Shown here: positions 24,475 to 37,709 of the stretch, piece after piece
Numbering within the stretch: position 1 is the stretch's first letter
Layout of the letters: the number at the start of each line of letters is the position of its first letter
Assembly (NCBI GenBank): GCA_965644265.1
Contig: OZ286465.1
Coordinates: 108,128,001-108,192,000 of the forward strand
Length of the DNA stretch: 64,000 nucleotides
Direction of reading: 5' to 3'
DNA from: Glycera tridactyla
Lineage: Eukaryota
Program-made: the position numbers and the translations under genes
The notes under the pieces: model-generated
What the model was told of the DNA's origin: nothing
Seen by the model: the letters and a program-made list of their open reading frames with translations, nothing else
Databases searched by the model: none

Positions 24475-24700
24475 TTTGTCGACAGGAATGAAAGGATCCG
24501 CTTGACTGGTACCCGATATGGGAACCGCACACAACAGAGCCAATTGCAGATGGGTGACCCGTCGCGTCTAGCTGCATTGCCTCGTAGCAGACGAAAAACG
24601 TGATAGCCGAACGTTCTACTTGTGAAATAAACTCTTCATACACTGGAAGGCAAAGATAGATTAGTTTTTCATCAGCTGATATGTGAGGGAAGATCAGCAT
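24475..24700 (-). promoter_or_regulatory. Probable TIMM17 5' UTR/promoter region
   Basis: CpG-richer segment directly upstream of the start codon; inferred from position only. Confidence 0.35.
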
Positions 24701-24719
24701 AAAATTTCAGATGAGGGTA

Positions 24720-25430
24720 TCTGGAATTAATCAGTCACTACAACCTCCACAATGATGCTGATAGACCAAGAGGCCAGTCTAACAAACTCAGAACCTATCG
24801 ACAGTTCAAAGACAAATTCCAATTTGAACCTTACCTACATTATATCAAAAACAATCAGCAGCGGTCAGCTTTGGCAAAATTGCGGCTCAGCGCACACAAA
24901 TTGGAGATAGAAACGGGAAGATATACAAAAAAAAAAACATCAGAAAGGTTTTGTGCGAATTGCCCGGGCAAAATTGGGGATGAGCGACATTTCGTTCTTG
25001 AATGTTCACAGCTGGTGCACCAAAGAAAGGCATTATTAGAGGTCTGTCATTCCGAAATCCCAAATTTTGATTCTCTTGCTCAACATCACCAGTTTATCTC
25101 CATCATGAGAGCCAACATGCCTGCACTGGCCATTGCTATAAGCAAATTCTCTCATGATGGCTTCCAAGCACGACTAGGAAAATGAACAACACTGGCACCT
25201 AGCAAATATAGTTATGTCCCTTTGACCATACACATTATCTAACTTTGACTACATATGCATTCCTTGTTCTTTTGTATTTTTCTCTTTGATTATATAAATA
25301 TATCTAGTTTGATATGTCTCTCCTTGATATGTTCACTGCAGATGCTTGTTGACAGTAGTGCTGATGTTCGCCAATGGATAAAGCGTCAATAAAGCTGTTT
25401 TGTATCTTGTATCTTGTATCTTGTATTAAT
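24720..25430 (+). mobile_element. RTE-X-like LINE 3' end directly upstream of TIMM17
   Basis: AKLRLSAHKLEIETGRY...RFCANC...RHFVLEC; AATAAA then (TTGTATC)n tail. Confidence 0.7.
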
Positions 25431-25670
25431 TTGATAGAGTATTAACAACTATTTTACTAACAAAAATGGATTCAATCATTTCAATAAATGACATAAAGTA
25501 CTTTATCAAAGGCAAGGGGTTAAACATGAAGGGGATTCAGTCTCCATCGATATGCTTCTTTTTCTGGCAGCGACGGGACCACTGATCCCGATAAAAGCTA
25601 AAATGGAGGTGACCTCGACAGTGGTAGTGATCATGTAACTGCGGTGATGTCATCTTGGCAACACCACAAG

Positions 25671-25800
25671 NNNNNNNNNNNNNNNNNNNNNNNNNNNNNN
25701 NNNNNNNNNNNNNNNNNNNNNNNNNNNNNNNNNNNNNNNNNNNNNNNNNNNNNNNNNNNNNNNNNNNNNNNNNNNNNNNNNNNNNNNNNNNNNNNNNNNN
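25671..25800. other. Assembly gap (130 N)
   Basis: Run of n. Confidence 1.
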
Positions 25801-26518
25801 TTGATCACCCATTAAATGGTGGTGTCGGTGGTAGTATTAAATTGGTGGCTATCTTTTCTTGGCAGTAACGTGCATCCATTGAAGTAGCATGGTTGGCACC
25901 CGATGGCTGTTGGAAGTTAAGTCATAAGATTGGCATATATGTTTGAGATAGGTCATGACCTGGCACACCTGGGTGTGACCAATTGTACCATATCAGATTG
26001 GAATAATCTATATCACCATTGCTGTCGAGTGTGGTGCAGACCTCGACCAGGTCATGCATGATGTATAAAACCCCTCCATTATTCGAGTACAGGAAGTATT
26101 TCATGAACACATTTACGTCACTGACATAATTCAAATAAAGAGTGTGTTCGTGTATATGCGCAGGTGTGTATTGGGAGATGGGTTGGTACTGGTTTTAACA
26201 TTACGTCAACTCCTCTGTGCTATATTATTATCTTCGAGAATCCTCGTTCTGGGTCTCCAACAGAAGGCGACAATTTATGCAAATCGCAGAGGGGGCCATC
26301 TCCAGGTGTCTTATGCTGACGGATGCTGATTCAAACTATTCCGGAGGAAACTTGTGTAAGAGATAGAGTGATGACATCTGTCGCAAAGATAGAGTGGTGA
26401 CATCTGATAGGGGTACCTTCATGTCAATTAGGTGTTTGATTGATTGATAGTCCTTTATTTAAAGTCGTCGAATCACAATTACCCCGATCTCGAGGCGTCT
26501 CACGGTTGACGAACACAA

Positions 26519-26519
<1 letters not shown>

Positions 26520-26600
<81 letters not shown>
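26520..26600. repeat. (GT)n microsatellite
   Basis: Direct read. Confidence 0.97.
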
Positions 26601-26602
<2 letters not shown>

Positions 26603-26764
26603 ATGCACGCACGTGGGTGTCTGTGCGTGCGCGCATGCGTGCGTGTGTGTATAAGGAGCATTAGTATTGTCCAGGAACACTTCGGTAATGAATAATGATT
26701 GATTGGTTGTATGTTTTACATACCATGAATACCATCTGGGCTATATTGAGACGCCCATGCATTA

Positions 26765-27530
26765 GACTAATACAGAATGCAACGAGTGTTGTGTACGGCA
26801 GGCCGTATACGTCGAGTTGCTCAGGCTGTGCGAGGCACGAGTGGCCGGAGGCCTGAGCAACGAGACGTATACGGCCTGCCGTACACAACACGAGTTGTAT
26901 TCAGTATTTATTATCTGATTTACTTGATTAAACAAAGTTTTCATTCATGATCTTTGCATCAAAACCAACGAGAAATCGCTACCTTGACATCTGGCAACCG
27001 GAACTTCTTTTGCGAGGCCTGTTCGATTGAGAATCGAGTGCAACCGTGATGTGAGCTAACCGACCGGTTTCCCGCAGTTTCTTATGCTTGCCTCGCTGAT
27101 TGAACTGTTAACGCGGTTGCAACTCCGGTGATTGGTACGCAGGTGATGTGGCTTACGAATCTAGGTCAAATAGACATGAAGAAGAAGCCAGGAAGACATA
27201 ATAAACACGAAATAACAGTACGATGATTTATTAGGAACAAATATATAGCAATATAACAACATCAAAGATATCGAAACGCTGTAATATATCAGAATTGTCG
27301 CTGCAAACTCGGAACTATATTCTGGCAGCCTGATACGGTGCTATTGTGAATGCAATAGGGACCAACTGCGTCATTTCACACTTGTCAATGTCGGAGGTGA
27401 ATCACTCGGAAGGATTCAACATACGAACGGAATTCGTTGGATTTACTGTGATGGAGAAGGTACCACCATTAATCGTGGCACCGGCAAAGAAACCGGACAT
27501 GTTGGGAGCTGAACTGACATTCGATTGCAT
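26765..27530 (-). mobile_element. Crypton-like derivative: long palindrome plus candidate recombinase C-terminal remnant
   Basis: ~145-bp hairpin at about 26768-26910; minus-frame peptide MQSNVSSAPNMSGFFAGATINGGTFSITVN (27402-27530) resembles, from memory, C-termini of Crypton/DUF3504-type proteins. Confidence 0.4.
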
Positions 27531-27754
27531 GGATCACATACGATTCCTCGTTCTGGGTCCGTATAAGAGGTGGTTGGTTGGTTCTGGTCATGCTACGACA
27601 AGTGCCATATGGGCTATATTGTGATACACATGCAATGAGAATGGGTGGGAGCAATCAAGACTCCTCTGGTACTTGGCTATATTGAGACGGGAATTGCAAT
27701 GGATTGGATCATTCAAGAATCCTGGGGGGGTCCTGATAGAAAGGTGACACTTAA

Positions 27755-28673
27755 GCTGTCCTCCCACATTGACTTTCGACGACGTTCGAGCCAATCGTTG
27801 TGCGAACGTAGCGTGAACTTCGTTGAACGTCATTCAACGTCGTTGAATTTCGTAGAACGTCTGTCAGTGCCACTGATCATCTGTGTGCGACGTTCGTTTT
27901 GGACATGTTCAAAACAATCGTCGCGGGATCGCCGTTGATGAACGATCGTCGAACGTGGCTCGAACTTCGTAGAAGGCAGTGAAAACTTTAATAGAAACGT
28001 CGTCTATCGTCGTCAAACGTCGTACAACTTCGTTCATCGCAGTGTGAACTTCCTTATTCAGAGACGATTGACGAAGTTAGGGGACGTTTCACGGCGTTGA
28101 TGCCACATTCTACGAAGTTTCACAAAGTTTGGTGACGTTCGCACTACGATTGTATGACGTTCTCACGACGTTCATCGAAGTTCTTGCTGCAATTTCCAGC
28201 ATTGGTCGAAGTTGAGCGAAGTTCTCAGACGTTTCTGCGACGATGTATGGCGATTGCACTGCGTTCATATGACGTTCACTGACGTTCCTCGACATTGAAG
28301 GACGTTTTACGACGTTTTTTGCAACGATTACCGACGTTCTGTGACTTTCAGTGACGTTCTCACGGCGATCTGTGATGTTCTATGGCATTGTTTGTCTGCT
28401 AGGCTTATGAGGATGTTTATTTTCTCAATGCTGCTGGTGATGGTGCTGGTGGTCCTGGTGGTGGTGGTGGTGGTGCTGCTGCTGCTGGTGCTGCTGGTGA
28501 TGGTGGTGGTGGTGGTGCTGCTGCTGGTGGTGCTGGTGCTGCTGGTGATGTGAGGCTGGTGGTGGTGGTGGTGGTGGTGGTGATGGTGGTGGTGGTGCTG
28601 TTGGTGGTGGTGGTGGTGGTGCTGCTGCTCGTGATGGTGCTGCAGCTGTGTGTGTCCGGTGTGTGTGAGAGAT

Positions 28674-28731
<58 letters not shown>

Positions 28732-29120
28732 TGTGTGTGTGAGGTGTGTGTGTGAGTTGTGTCAGGTGTGTGTGTCAGGTGTGTGTGTTAGGTGTGTTTG
28801 TCAGGTGTGTGTGTGTCAGGTGTGTGTCAAGTGTGTGTGTTGGGTGTGTGTGTGACTCCCACGCCAAACACACACATCTGGCACACTCACCTAACACACA
28901 CACACAAATTCCTTGAACGCCGGAGATCGCTGGGGATCGGCGCAACAATGTGGCGCCATCGCCGTCTGTAGTTGGGCAACTTCGAGAGAACTTCCTGAAA
29001 CTTCGTCGAACGCCGTGAGAACGTCATCGAACGCCGAATATTTCATCTTTTTAGGATCGCTGAGAAAACGTCGTGAAACTTCGTAGAACGTCGCCACGAA
29101 CTTCGATGTGGGAGGACAGC
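27755..29120. mobile_element. TTAA-flanked TIR element with CpG-rich ACGTT-type subterminal motifs and internal (GGT/GCT)n and (GT)n tracts
   Basis: TIR gctgtcctcccacat/atgtgggaggacagc; TTAA at 27751-27754 and 29121-29124. Confidence 0.75.
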
Positions 29121-29132
29121 TTAAAGCTGGAA

Positions 29133-29265
29133 GCTGGTTGGTTGGTTCTTGTTTAACGTCACGTCAGCACCATCTGGGCTATATTGTGACGCCCATGCAA
29201 TGGGCATGGGTGGGATCTTCCAAGACTCCTCCTTCTGGGTCCCTAACGGAAGGTGAAATGATATG
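29133..29265 (-). mobile_element. SINE-like family A copy (5'-shortened)
   Basis: ggttggttggttcttgtttaacgtcacgtcagcaccatctgggc...ggaaggtgaaatgatatg. Confidence 0.8.
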
Positions 29266-30840
29266 CTGACAGTCGAGTATGACATTATGGATTCTGAACA
29301 ACGCTCGATGCAAAGAAATGCATCAGGTTTGTAGTCGGTTGGTCATCCGATCACCCAGCACTATGTGGGCAATACTGAGACGCCCATGCGTCTAGTCATG
29401 AATGGCCAAACACGAATATTCATCAGGGTTGCATATGTCGTGAAAATGCCCTAAAACACATATATTTCCGGTCAGTTTCGGCTGGTAAGATGCATTTTCT
29501 TTACCTGTGTTTAGCCACATATATGGTACGGTGAAAGGTGATCGTTCTAGTCTGTCTACACCATACTGCGTTATTATTTCATAAACATGTAGTTTGTTAC
29601 AGTCATTGGTGCGACAACTACCTGCATTTATGCAGAAGTATGGTGAAAGGTTGTTCGGTGAAATGCAGTGGTGTCCGAACAAGTAAGCATGAAATTCATC
29701 CCATACGATAGTGAAACTGCTTAGCTACGAACACACGACAAACACGATATCTCACGACAGCCCCCCCCCCCCCCCCCCCCGAGTTTGATGCCAATTTGCC
29801 GGTATTTGCGATGATCAAAAAAGAATTTATTGGAGTAATATTACGGGTGAAATGTCAAAATATTGGCTCAAAAAGAGTAATCATTACTCAAAAATCAGGA
29901 TGTTTGGCATCTCTGGAGTGTTAAATCGCTTTGACACTTTGACAAGACAAATTCACCGGGCTGACCGAGATTGACCCGACCTGATTACCATATATGGCAT
30001 GACCCAATTGTCCGTACATTTAATGTTATGACCTAATTTCCCGCCCACAAATATTTCAAATGTGTATCTGGGAAGATTTCAAACAGAATTAAACGAGGAT
30101 ATATCAAAAGGCAGTTTGAATACACCAATTCATTATTTGCAATTGTCACGCCCTGAAAACCAAATCGAAAGAGATACGATATAAATATGTATATTAGTAT
30201 GTCTCTGCCTTTATAGACGTACCAGGAAATATACGATTTTGATGCGGATGAGCGACTTGCATATGCCAGTGTGTATGCCGAGAGATCTTTCCCTTTGTTC
30301 TACAAACAGTCGTTAAAGTCTGTCAAGCTTGATCGTGGCGGGTACGTTTTTCGCCCTAGCATCGTGATCTCGCATCAGATTGAAATGGGACTGACTGACA
30401 TACTTCGTGTACATCTCCGACGACTAGAAATGTAATCTCGGCGAGTTTACTTTTTCACCTTAGATCGCCAAATATGTCAATTTCAAGCTGGTTTCGTGTG
30501 CTGCGGCCGCACCCCCATCCTTTATATACATATATTCGACGATGATGCCGGTGGATTCGCTGTACAAATGCAATGAAATTATGGGGAATCCTATTCAAAA
30601 GCATACCCACTATTCGGAACCGGGTTCAAAGATCGCCGGAAGACCTATACAATACGTTTGTGCCAAGAAAATCAGTTCCCGCCACATTCGGATCTGACAG
30701 AGTTTAGCAAATCAATTGGAAGGACCAGTAGTGCTCGTGATCGGCTCTACTCACAGCATTCGCTTGGCTAATAGTTGAAAAGACATCTCTCCCAAGATTC
30801 TGGATGGCTATAAAGAAAAGTGACACTTTCATGGTAATGC

Positions 30841-32689
30841 CAGTCTTCGAATTTAGCCACTCCCGAATTCCGGGGCAAGTGAATATACCAAACCCACTCT
30901 CCCGATGGGAGAGTGCAATGTTTTCAGTTGATGACAAAGTGATGAATATAGTGTGAGAGAACACCAGTACTTTTACTCCACCAATAAAGAAACCCTATTC
31001 CATACGAAAGAGCTTCGCATGTACCTGAGTATGTATACCTCTGAGGAATAAAGCTCAGGTAAAACTGGCTGAGTGAGACTTAAGAAGTCACTCACATAAC
31101 AGAAAAGTTGAAATAGACATCTTGATCGGGTGAATATTCACACCGATATCTTGCCCTCAAAATAGCCTACTTTCACCTTGCTTTTGTTGGCATGAACTTC
31201 GGAAAGGGTTGCTCTTCCTGGACCTCCCCAAAGCATTTGACACGGTCGACCACTGTGTATTAGAATATAAGCTCAAATGTCTTGGTTGCAAAGAAAGTAC
31301 AGTCTCGTGGTTCCGGTCATATCTATCTAATAGGAATCAAAAAACTATGGTCAATAATACTCCGTCAGAAACCGAAGACATTAATTTAGGTGTGCACCAA
31401 GGGTCAATCTTGGGGCCATTGCTTTTCACTGTTTACATCAATGACATCACGAACCACATTTATACAGCCACCCCATTCCTATATGCAGATGACACTACAA
31501 TCCTATACTCGAGTAAGAACCCTCAGGAAATAGCCAATGTACTTGAATCCGAATTAAGTGACTTACAAAACTGGTTCAACAGCGATAAACTTACCCTCAA
31601 TATTAGTAAAAGTAAGCTTATGTTTTTTGGCAGCAGATATCATATCAACCAAACTGTGGACATCAATATTACAAGACAAGGACAAACAATTGAGAAGCCT
31701 CAGCGCTTTAAATATCTTGGCCTTACGTTGGACTCTAGCCTAAGTTTTCGTGAACACATCAGTACAATTGTCAGCAAAGTCGGCCATCGGGTTAGTAGGC
31801 TATGGAGATTACGACCATATATCAACAAAGATCTCGCTTTAAAGCTTTACAAGTCCTTGATTGCCCCCATTTTGAATATGCTGATTACTTATATGATGCC
31901 GCGTGTAAAACTCAAAAACACAGGCTTCAAGTATCTCAAAATAAGGCCCTACGCTGTGTCTTGAATGCAAATCGCTTGACGCCGAGTATCATGTTACATA
32001 AATCCTCGAATATCCTATACCTGCAAGATCTAAGAACGATCAGAAGCACAATGGAAATACATAAAATTGTGGTCGGCACTGCACCCCCATTGATATCCAA
32101 TAGAATATCAAGAAAGAGTTGTACTGGTGTTAATACTCGGCAGTCAACTAGACATCATGCAGAGATACCACGTGTACAGAGAGAAATAGCTAGGCGGAAT
32201 CTATTTATCCGAGGCAGTATTTCATGGAACAAGCTACCGGAAATGAGTAAAGACATTACAAACATTAAGGGATTATGCGAATTGCTCAAAGGGAATGAGA
32301 GGGAAAAACTTCAACAACTCTGAGACAAAGACGACTGACAGATAGTATACTCCGTAGAATAGATATTTCCCAACATATCCGTTTATAATGTTCATAATTT
32401 TTATATCTCCGACCTAGCTGAACTCAGCTATGTGGCAACAGGACATGCTACTCCATCAACGTGAACCTATAAACTCAAATTACTATGTCAGGCATTTGTA
32501 CATACTGTATATACGGTTTTCTTATTCTCAAACGACCTGAATTTATCTGGTCTTCAGATATGGGTCACTGTGTTTTTGAGATTAAAATAAAGATTTGAAA
32601 AAAAAGAGTGGATTTTTTTTCAGGGGAATGATTCTTCCAATCTACTCTCCCGATGGGAGAGTGGCTGAAAATGTCTTTCGTCGAGACTG
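30841..32689. mobile_element. CAGTCT-ended MITE split by a LINE insertion
   Basis: Left part matches 55578-55700 and right part matches 55980-56028; internal hairpin actctcccgatgggagagt. Confidence 0.6.
31200..32620 (+). mobile_element. CR1/L2-type LINE RT 3' fragment (frameshifted)
   Basis: FLDLPKAFDTVDH...GVHQGSILGPLLFTVYINDI...YADDT...KYLGLTLD; continues in ORF 31802-32323. Confidence 0.9.
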
Positions 32690-32946
32690 TATTGGAGGAG
32701 CGAAATAGAGCTCATTCGACAAGGAGTTCTTTGTTAAATTAAAACATGCACAGAAATATGGGAACATCACTTGGTAGGAAATCAAGGCAGAGCACCTAGA
32801 CCCAGCATATCTACTGATAATTCTTGGATCCAGTGACGTTGCCATATATCACTCTGGTTTGTGGAAAACATTTCATGTTGATCCTAGAATAGAGAAAAGG
32901 AATCTACTTCAATAATAGTATGACTTACTCTATATGACAATATAAG

Positions 32947-33110
32947 ATGGTTGGTTGGTTGGTTGGTTTTGGTTTAACGTCACGTCAGCACAATCTGGGC
33001 TATATTGTGACGCCCATGCAATGGGCATGGGTGGGATCTTCCAAGACTCCTCCTTTTGGGTCCCCAAAGGAAGGTGAAAGGATATGAAATTCACAGACAC
33101 TCAAAGTGCC
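32947..33110 (-). mobile_element. SINE-like family A copy
   Basis: (GGTT)n tail plus family A body ending agacactcaaagtgcca. Confidence 0.8.
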
Positions 33111-33699
33111 AATATAAGAAACACTATACCCATATTGAGGGGTATGTTTCCCAATTCCATTTTATATTATGTGCCCATAATCAGGAGACCCAACTGGAAA
33201 AACCAACACGACAGATTGCAATCAGCATTAATAGTTTCGTGAGGAATGACATGAATGCTACAGCCAAACAAACCATCGAATTCATGTATCTACAGATACT
33301 CTACACTGAAAACGAATCTGGAGTCTCCCGGCGTACAGCATGCCAAACACCGGCTCAGCGTTTTCAGAACGCCGACACAGAGTGCCCAGTACTCATCACC
33401 CAGCGTTCCCACCTCTAAACTCCACCCAGAGTTTTGGAAACTCCAGCTCAGTGTTTTTGACTTTTCACTTTTGAAGTTCGAGCATAGATGGTTAATCATC
33501 AGGGTCTCTCTCTCTCTCTCTCTCTGTCTTTCTGTCTGCCTGCCTGAGTGCTTGCCTGTCCACCTGTCAATCTATCTTCTCTGTCTCTGTCTCGCCATAC
33601 TGCTGCACCTGTCGAACGATCATGATCGTTGTGAGCTGCTGATTCTGTAGGTCTTTGGCTCATCGAAATCGGACAATTATTAAGGAATTTAGAGACAAA

Positions 33700-35090
33700 T
33701 AACGACCAGGCATGGTGTGAGTGCTATATTTTCGCCCACTGTAGTGACAATAACACCGCACGCTGTATACCTAGACATGGAGACAAGAAGGATCTTAATA
33801 ACATGCATGATATCCTGAAACTGCTCCAGGAGAAGGGATCGAACATCCCTTCATTTGTTGCTCTAGACCTGTCGAAACTACCATCAATTACATTTGACAG
33901 TGTGGATTTGTCGATGCTGCTGTCGCAGATACAGAAGACGCAAGATGAGGTAGAGTTACTCAAGACGGCAGTCGCTGGCCAAAACACAGCTACAGACGGG
34001 CTTAAAGCTGTGGCTGCGCGTATTGATGGTAGACTGAATCAAGTTGAGCGGCAGATTGAGGACCCTTTCTATAGTGCTCAAACACCAGGTGCACACTCTA
34101 GAACTGATATGATGAACACAGGTGAGGAGAGAGCTTGCGATGCTGCTCAGCATGTTCCACTTCCTGAAGTCAAGGCTACCAATCCAGGCAGCACTGATAG
34201 TGATGCGCAGCATACCAGCCTTCCGGAGGATAATGTAGTGAGTTCAGCGCATACTATGAACAATTCAGATGGCTCTTTGCCGACATTACAGCTTGGTATA
34301 TCGATGGCCTCGGTGGCAGCAAAGATATGAACAAATGCGAATCCCGTTTTCGTCCCCCAAAGACTGCAAAATATGCAAGGATCCAGGCATTCACGAGCCC
34401 CGGGAGTGATTGGTACGGCAAATACAACAAGTATCAAAACAGTCCAGACCAAATTTGCAAATATATTTGCCTCTCACTTTGCTCCTGACATTGACGCTGT
34501 TGCTGTGCAGGATTACCTCAAGTTGAAACTGGGTCATGATGTGACAGTTGGGAAGATCGAGACAGTGGGCAGTAGATTTAGCTCATTTCAAATCACAGCT
34601 GAATGCAAAGCTCCAGCTGCCCTCATGGACCCTGCTATTTGGCCTGATGGTGCTTTTGTTAGACGATATTATGAGCCAAGAAAGAAACGACTTCCACCTG
34701 CAACGCTGTTTGCCGGAAGCCAGTTGAAAGATGCCCTGTCCCATGGTGACCAGGGAACATAGATTGCTTGTTGCTATATGTTTGATATGTTTGCTATGTT
34801 CACTATACGTTCAATATGTTTACTATAACTACATGCATCTGTCGTGGCTTGAAACTAGGCCAGTCTGAGAGTGTTATAGCCTGGACTCATTATAGACAGG
34901 CTGCTTTTAGAGAGCGATATTCTGTGCCTACAAGAGACCTGGCTCTCTAAACAGGATTTGGGAGGGCTGAATGTTATGAAGCCTAACTTTCATGGGATTG
35001 GGGAATCCACCACAGATCTGGATAAAGTCCTAGTGTATGGGCAGATACCAGGTGGGGTAGCCATACTATGGAACACAAAGTTACAATATG
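33700..35090 (+). mobile_element. Non-LTR retrotransposon 5' part: ORF1 plus start of APE endonuclease, 3'-deleted
   Basis: ORF1 HDILKLL..IPSFVALDLSKLP and IFASHFAPD...FSSFQIT...DPAIWPDGAFVRRY; APE DILCLQETWLSKQD...GGVAILW; clade not determinable. Confidence 0.7.
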
Positions 35091-37709
35091 AATCTGGATG
35101 TCCGGCATGTTCAGTGTTCCTAGCATCATGTCAGCTAGATAATGTCAGTGGTGAAGAATACACAGCCAAAGAGTAGACAAAAGTTCATTGCAGAATAGCC
35201 AAATTTTCCAGTAAATAAATTTAACGCTTTGTATTTCTGTTTCACTGTAGGAAGCACCCAGGAAGACAGATTCTAAAGGTATCTGCAGTGCCAAGCATAT
35301 TCAGTTAGACTGGAAATCTGTATGTGGGGCAGATCGGGCAGTGAAACGTAGAGCTAAAAAGCAGCTTCGACTGGGTACAGAAAAAGATGACAGTGATTCC
35401 AGCAAGTGTCCTGAGAATGTTTCCGCACAGCAAACCATGTTAATTCACCAAAATGAACTAGATATGGAGGTCATCACAGAGACCATTACTGAAAGTCCAC
35501 TTCTAAAAACTGAAGATAAAGCCGAGCAGACAACCCCATGCTGAGTAATGTCCAGACCCAAACAACAGACCCTATACCTGTGACACAAGACACGTTTGGA
35601 CATAGACTACTTCAAAAATGATCCTAGAGTGCAATTTACAATGGCCTTGACTCTCATCAGTCATTCATGATTGTCCTTGCCTCTCTTGGTCAAGCTGCTT
35701 ACCAGCTGCGTTATCTTTATGGCATCAGACCACGCATCTCAGTACCCAATCAATATTTTCTTACCATAATGAAGTTGCGAACATATAAAGAAACTTTTGA
35801 ACTGAGTCGTCTCTTCAAAGTCAGTGAAACCAATGTTTACAGCATTTACGTGACATGTGGCTGTGGCTGCGCGTATTGATGGTAGACTGAATCAAGTTGA
35901 GCGGCAGATTGAGGACCCTTTCTATAGTGCTCAAACACCAGGTGCACACTCTAGAACTGATATGATGAACACAGGTGAGGAGAGAGCTTGCGATGCTGCT
36001 CAGCATGTTCCACTTCCTGAAGTCAAGGCTACCAATCCAGGCAGCACTGATAGTGATGCGCAGCATACCAGCCTTCCGGAGGATATTGTAGTGAGTTCAG
36101 CGCATACTATGAACAATTCAGATGGCTCTTTGCCGACATTACAGCTTGGTATATCGATGGCCTCGGTGGCAGCAAAGATATGAACAAATGCGAATCCCGT
36201 TTTCGTCCCCCAAAGACTGCAAAATATGCAAGGATCCAGGCATTCACGAGCCCCGGGAGTGATTGGTACGGCAAATACAACAAGTATCAAAACAGTCCAG
36301 ACCAAATTTGCAAATATATTTGCCTCTCACTTTGCTCCTGACATTGACGCTGTTGCTGTGCAGGATTACCTCAAGTTGAAACTGGGTCATGATGTGACAG
36401 TTGGGAAGATCGAGACAGTGGGCAGTAGATTTAGCTCATTTCAAATCACAGCTGAATGCAAAGCTTTAGCTGCCCTCATGGACCCTGCTATTTGGCCTGA
36501 TGGTGCTTTTGTTAGACGATATTATGAGCCAAGAGAGAAACGACTTCCACCTGCAACGCTGTTTGCCGGAAGCCAGTTGAAAGATGCCCTGTCCCATGGT
36601 GACCAGGGAACATAGATTGCTTGTTGCTATATGTTTGATATGTTTGCTATGTTCACTATATGTTCAATATGTTTACTATAACTACATACATCTGTCGTGG
36701 CTTGAAACTAGGCCAGTCTGAGAGTGTTATAGCCTGGACTCATTATAGACAGGCTGCTTTTAGAGAGCGATATTCTGTGCCTACAAGAGACCTGGCTCTC
36801 TAAACAGGATTTGGGAGGGCTGAATGTTATGAAGCCTAACTTTCATGGGATTGGGGAATCCACCACAGATCTGGATAAAGTCCTAGTGTATGGGCAGATA
36901 CCAGGTGGGGTAGCCATACTATGGAACACAAAGTTACAATATGAATCTGGATGTCTGGCATATTAAGTGTTCCTAGCATCATGTCAGCTAGATAATGTCA
37001 GTGGTGAAGAATACACAGCCAAAGAGTAGACAAAAGTTCATTGCAGAATAGCCAAATTTTCCAGTAAATAAATTTAACGCTTTGTATTTCTGTTTCACTG
37101 TAGGAAGCACCCAGGAAGACAGATTCTAAAGGTATCTGCAGTGCCAAGCATATTCAGTTAGACTGGAAATCTGTATGTGGGGCAGATCGGGCAGTGAAAC
37201 GCAGAGCTAAAAAGCAGCTTCGACTGGGTACAGAAAAAGATGACAGTGATTCCAGCAAGTGTCCTGAGAATGTTTCCGCACAGCAAACCATGTTAATTCA
37301 CCAAAATGAACTAGATATGGGGGTCATCACAGAGACCATTACTGAAAGTCCACTTCTAAAAACTGAAGATAAAGCCGAGCAGACAACCCATGCTGAGTAA
37401 TGTCCAGACCCAAACAACAGACCCTATACCTGTGACACAAGACACGTTTGGACATAGACTACTTCAAAAATGATCCTAGAGTGCAATTTACAATGGCCTT
37501 GACTCTCATCAGTCATTCATGATTGTCCTTGCCTCTCTTGATCAAGCTGCTTACCAGCTGCGTTATCTTTATGGCATCAGACCACGCATCTCAGTACCCA
37601 ATCAATATTTTCTTACCATAATGAAGTTGCGAACATATAAAGAAACTTTTGAACTGAGTCGTCTCTTCAAAGTCAGTGAAACCAATGTTTACAGCATTTA
37701 CGTGACATG
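34007..37709. repeat. ~1.85-kb near-identical tandem duplication (34007-35857 / 35860-37709)
   Basis: gctgtggctgcgcg at 34007 and 35860 (period 1853); only scattered substitutions between copies. Confidence 0.95.
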
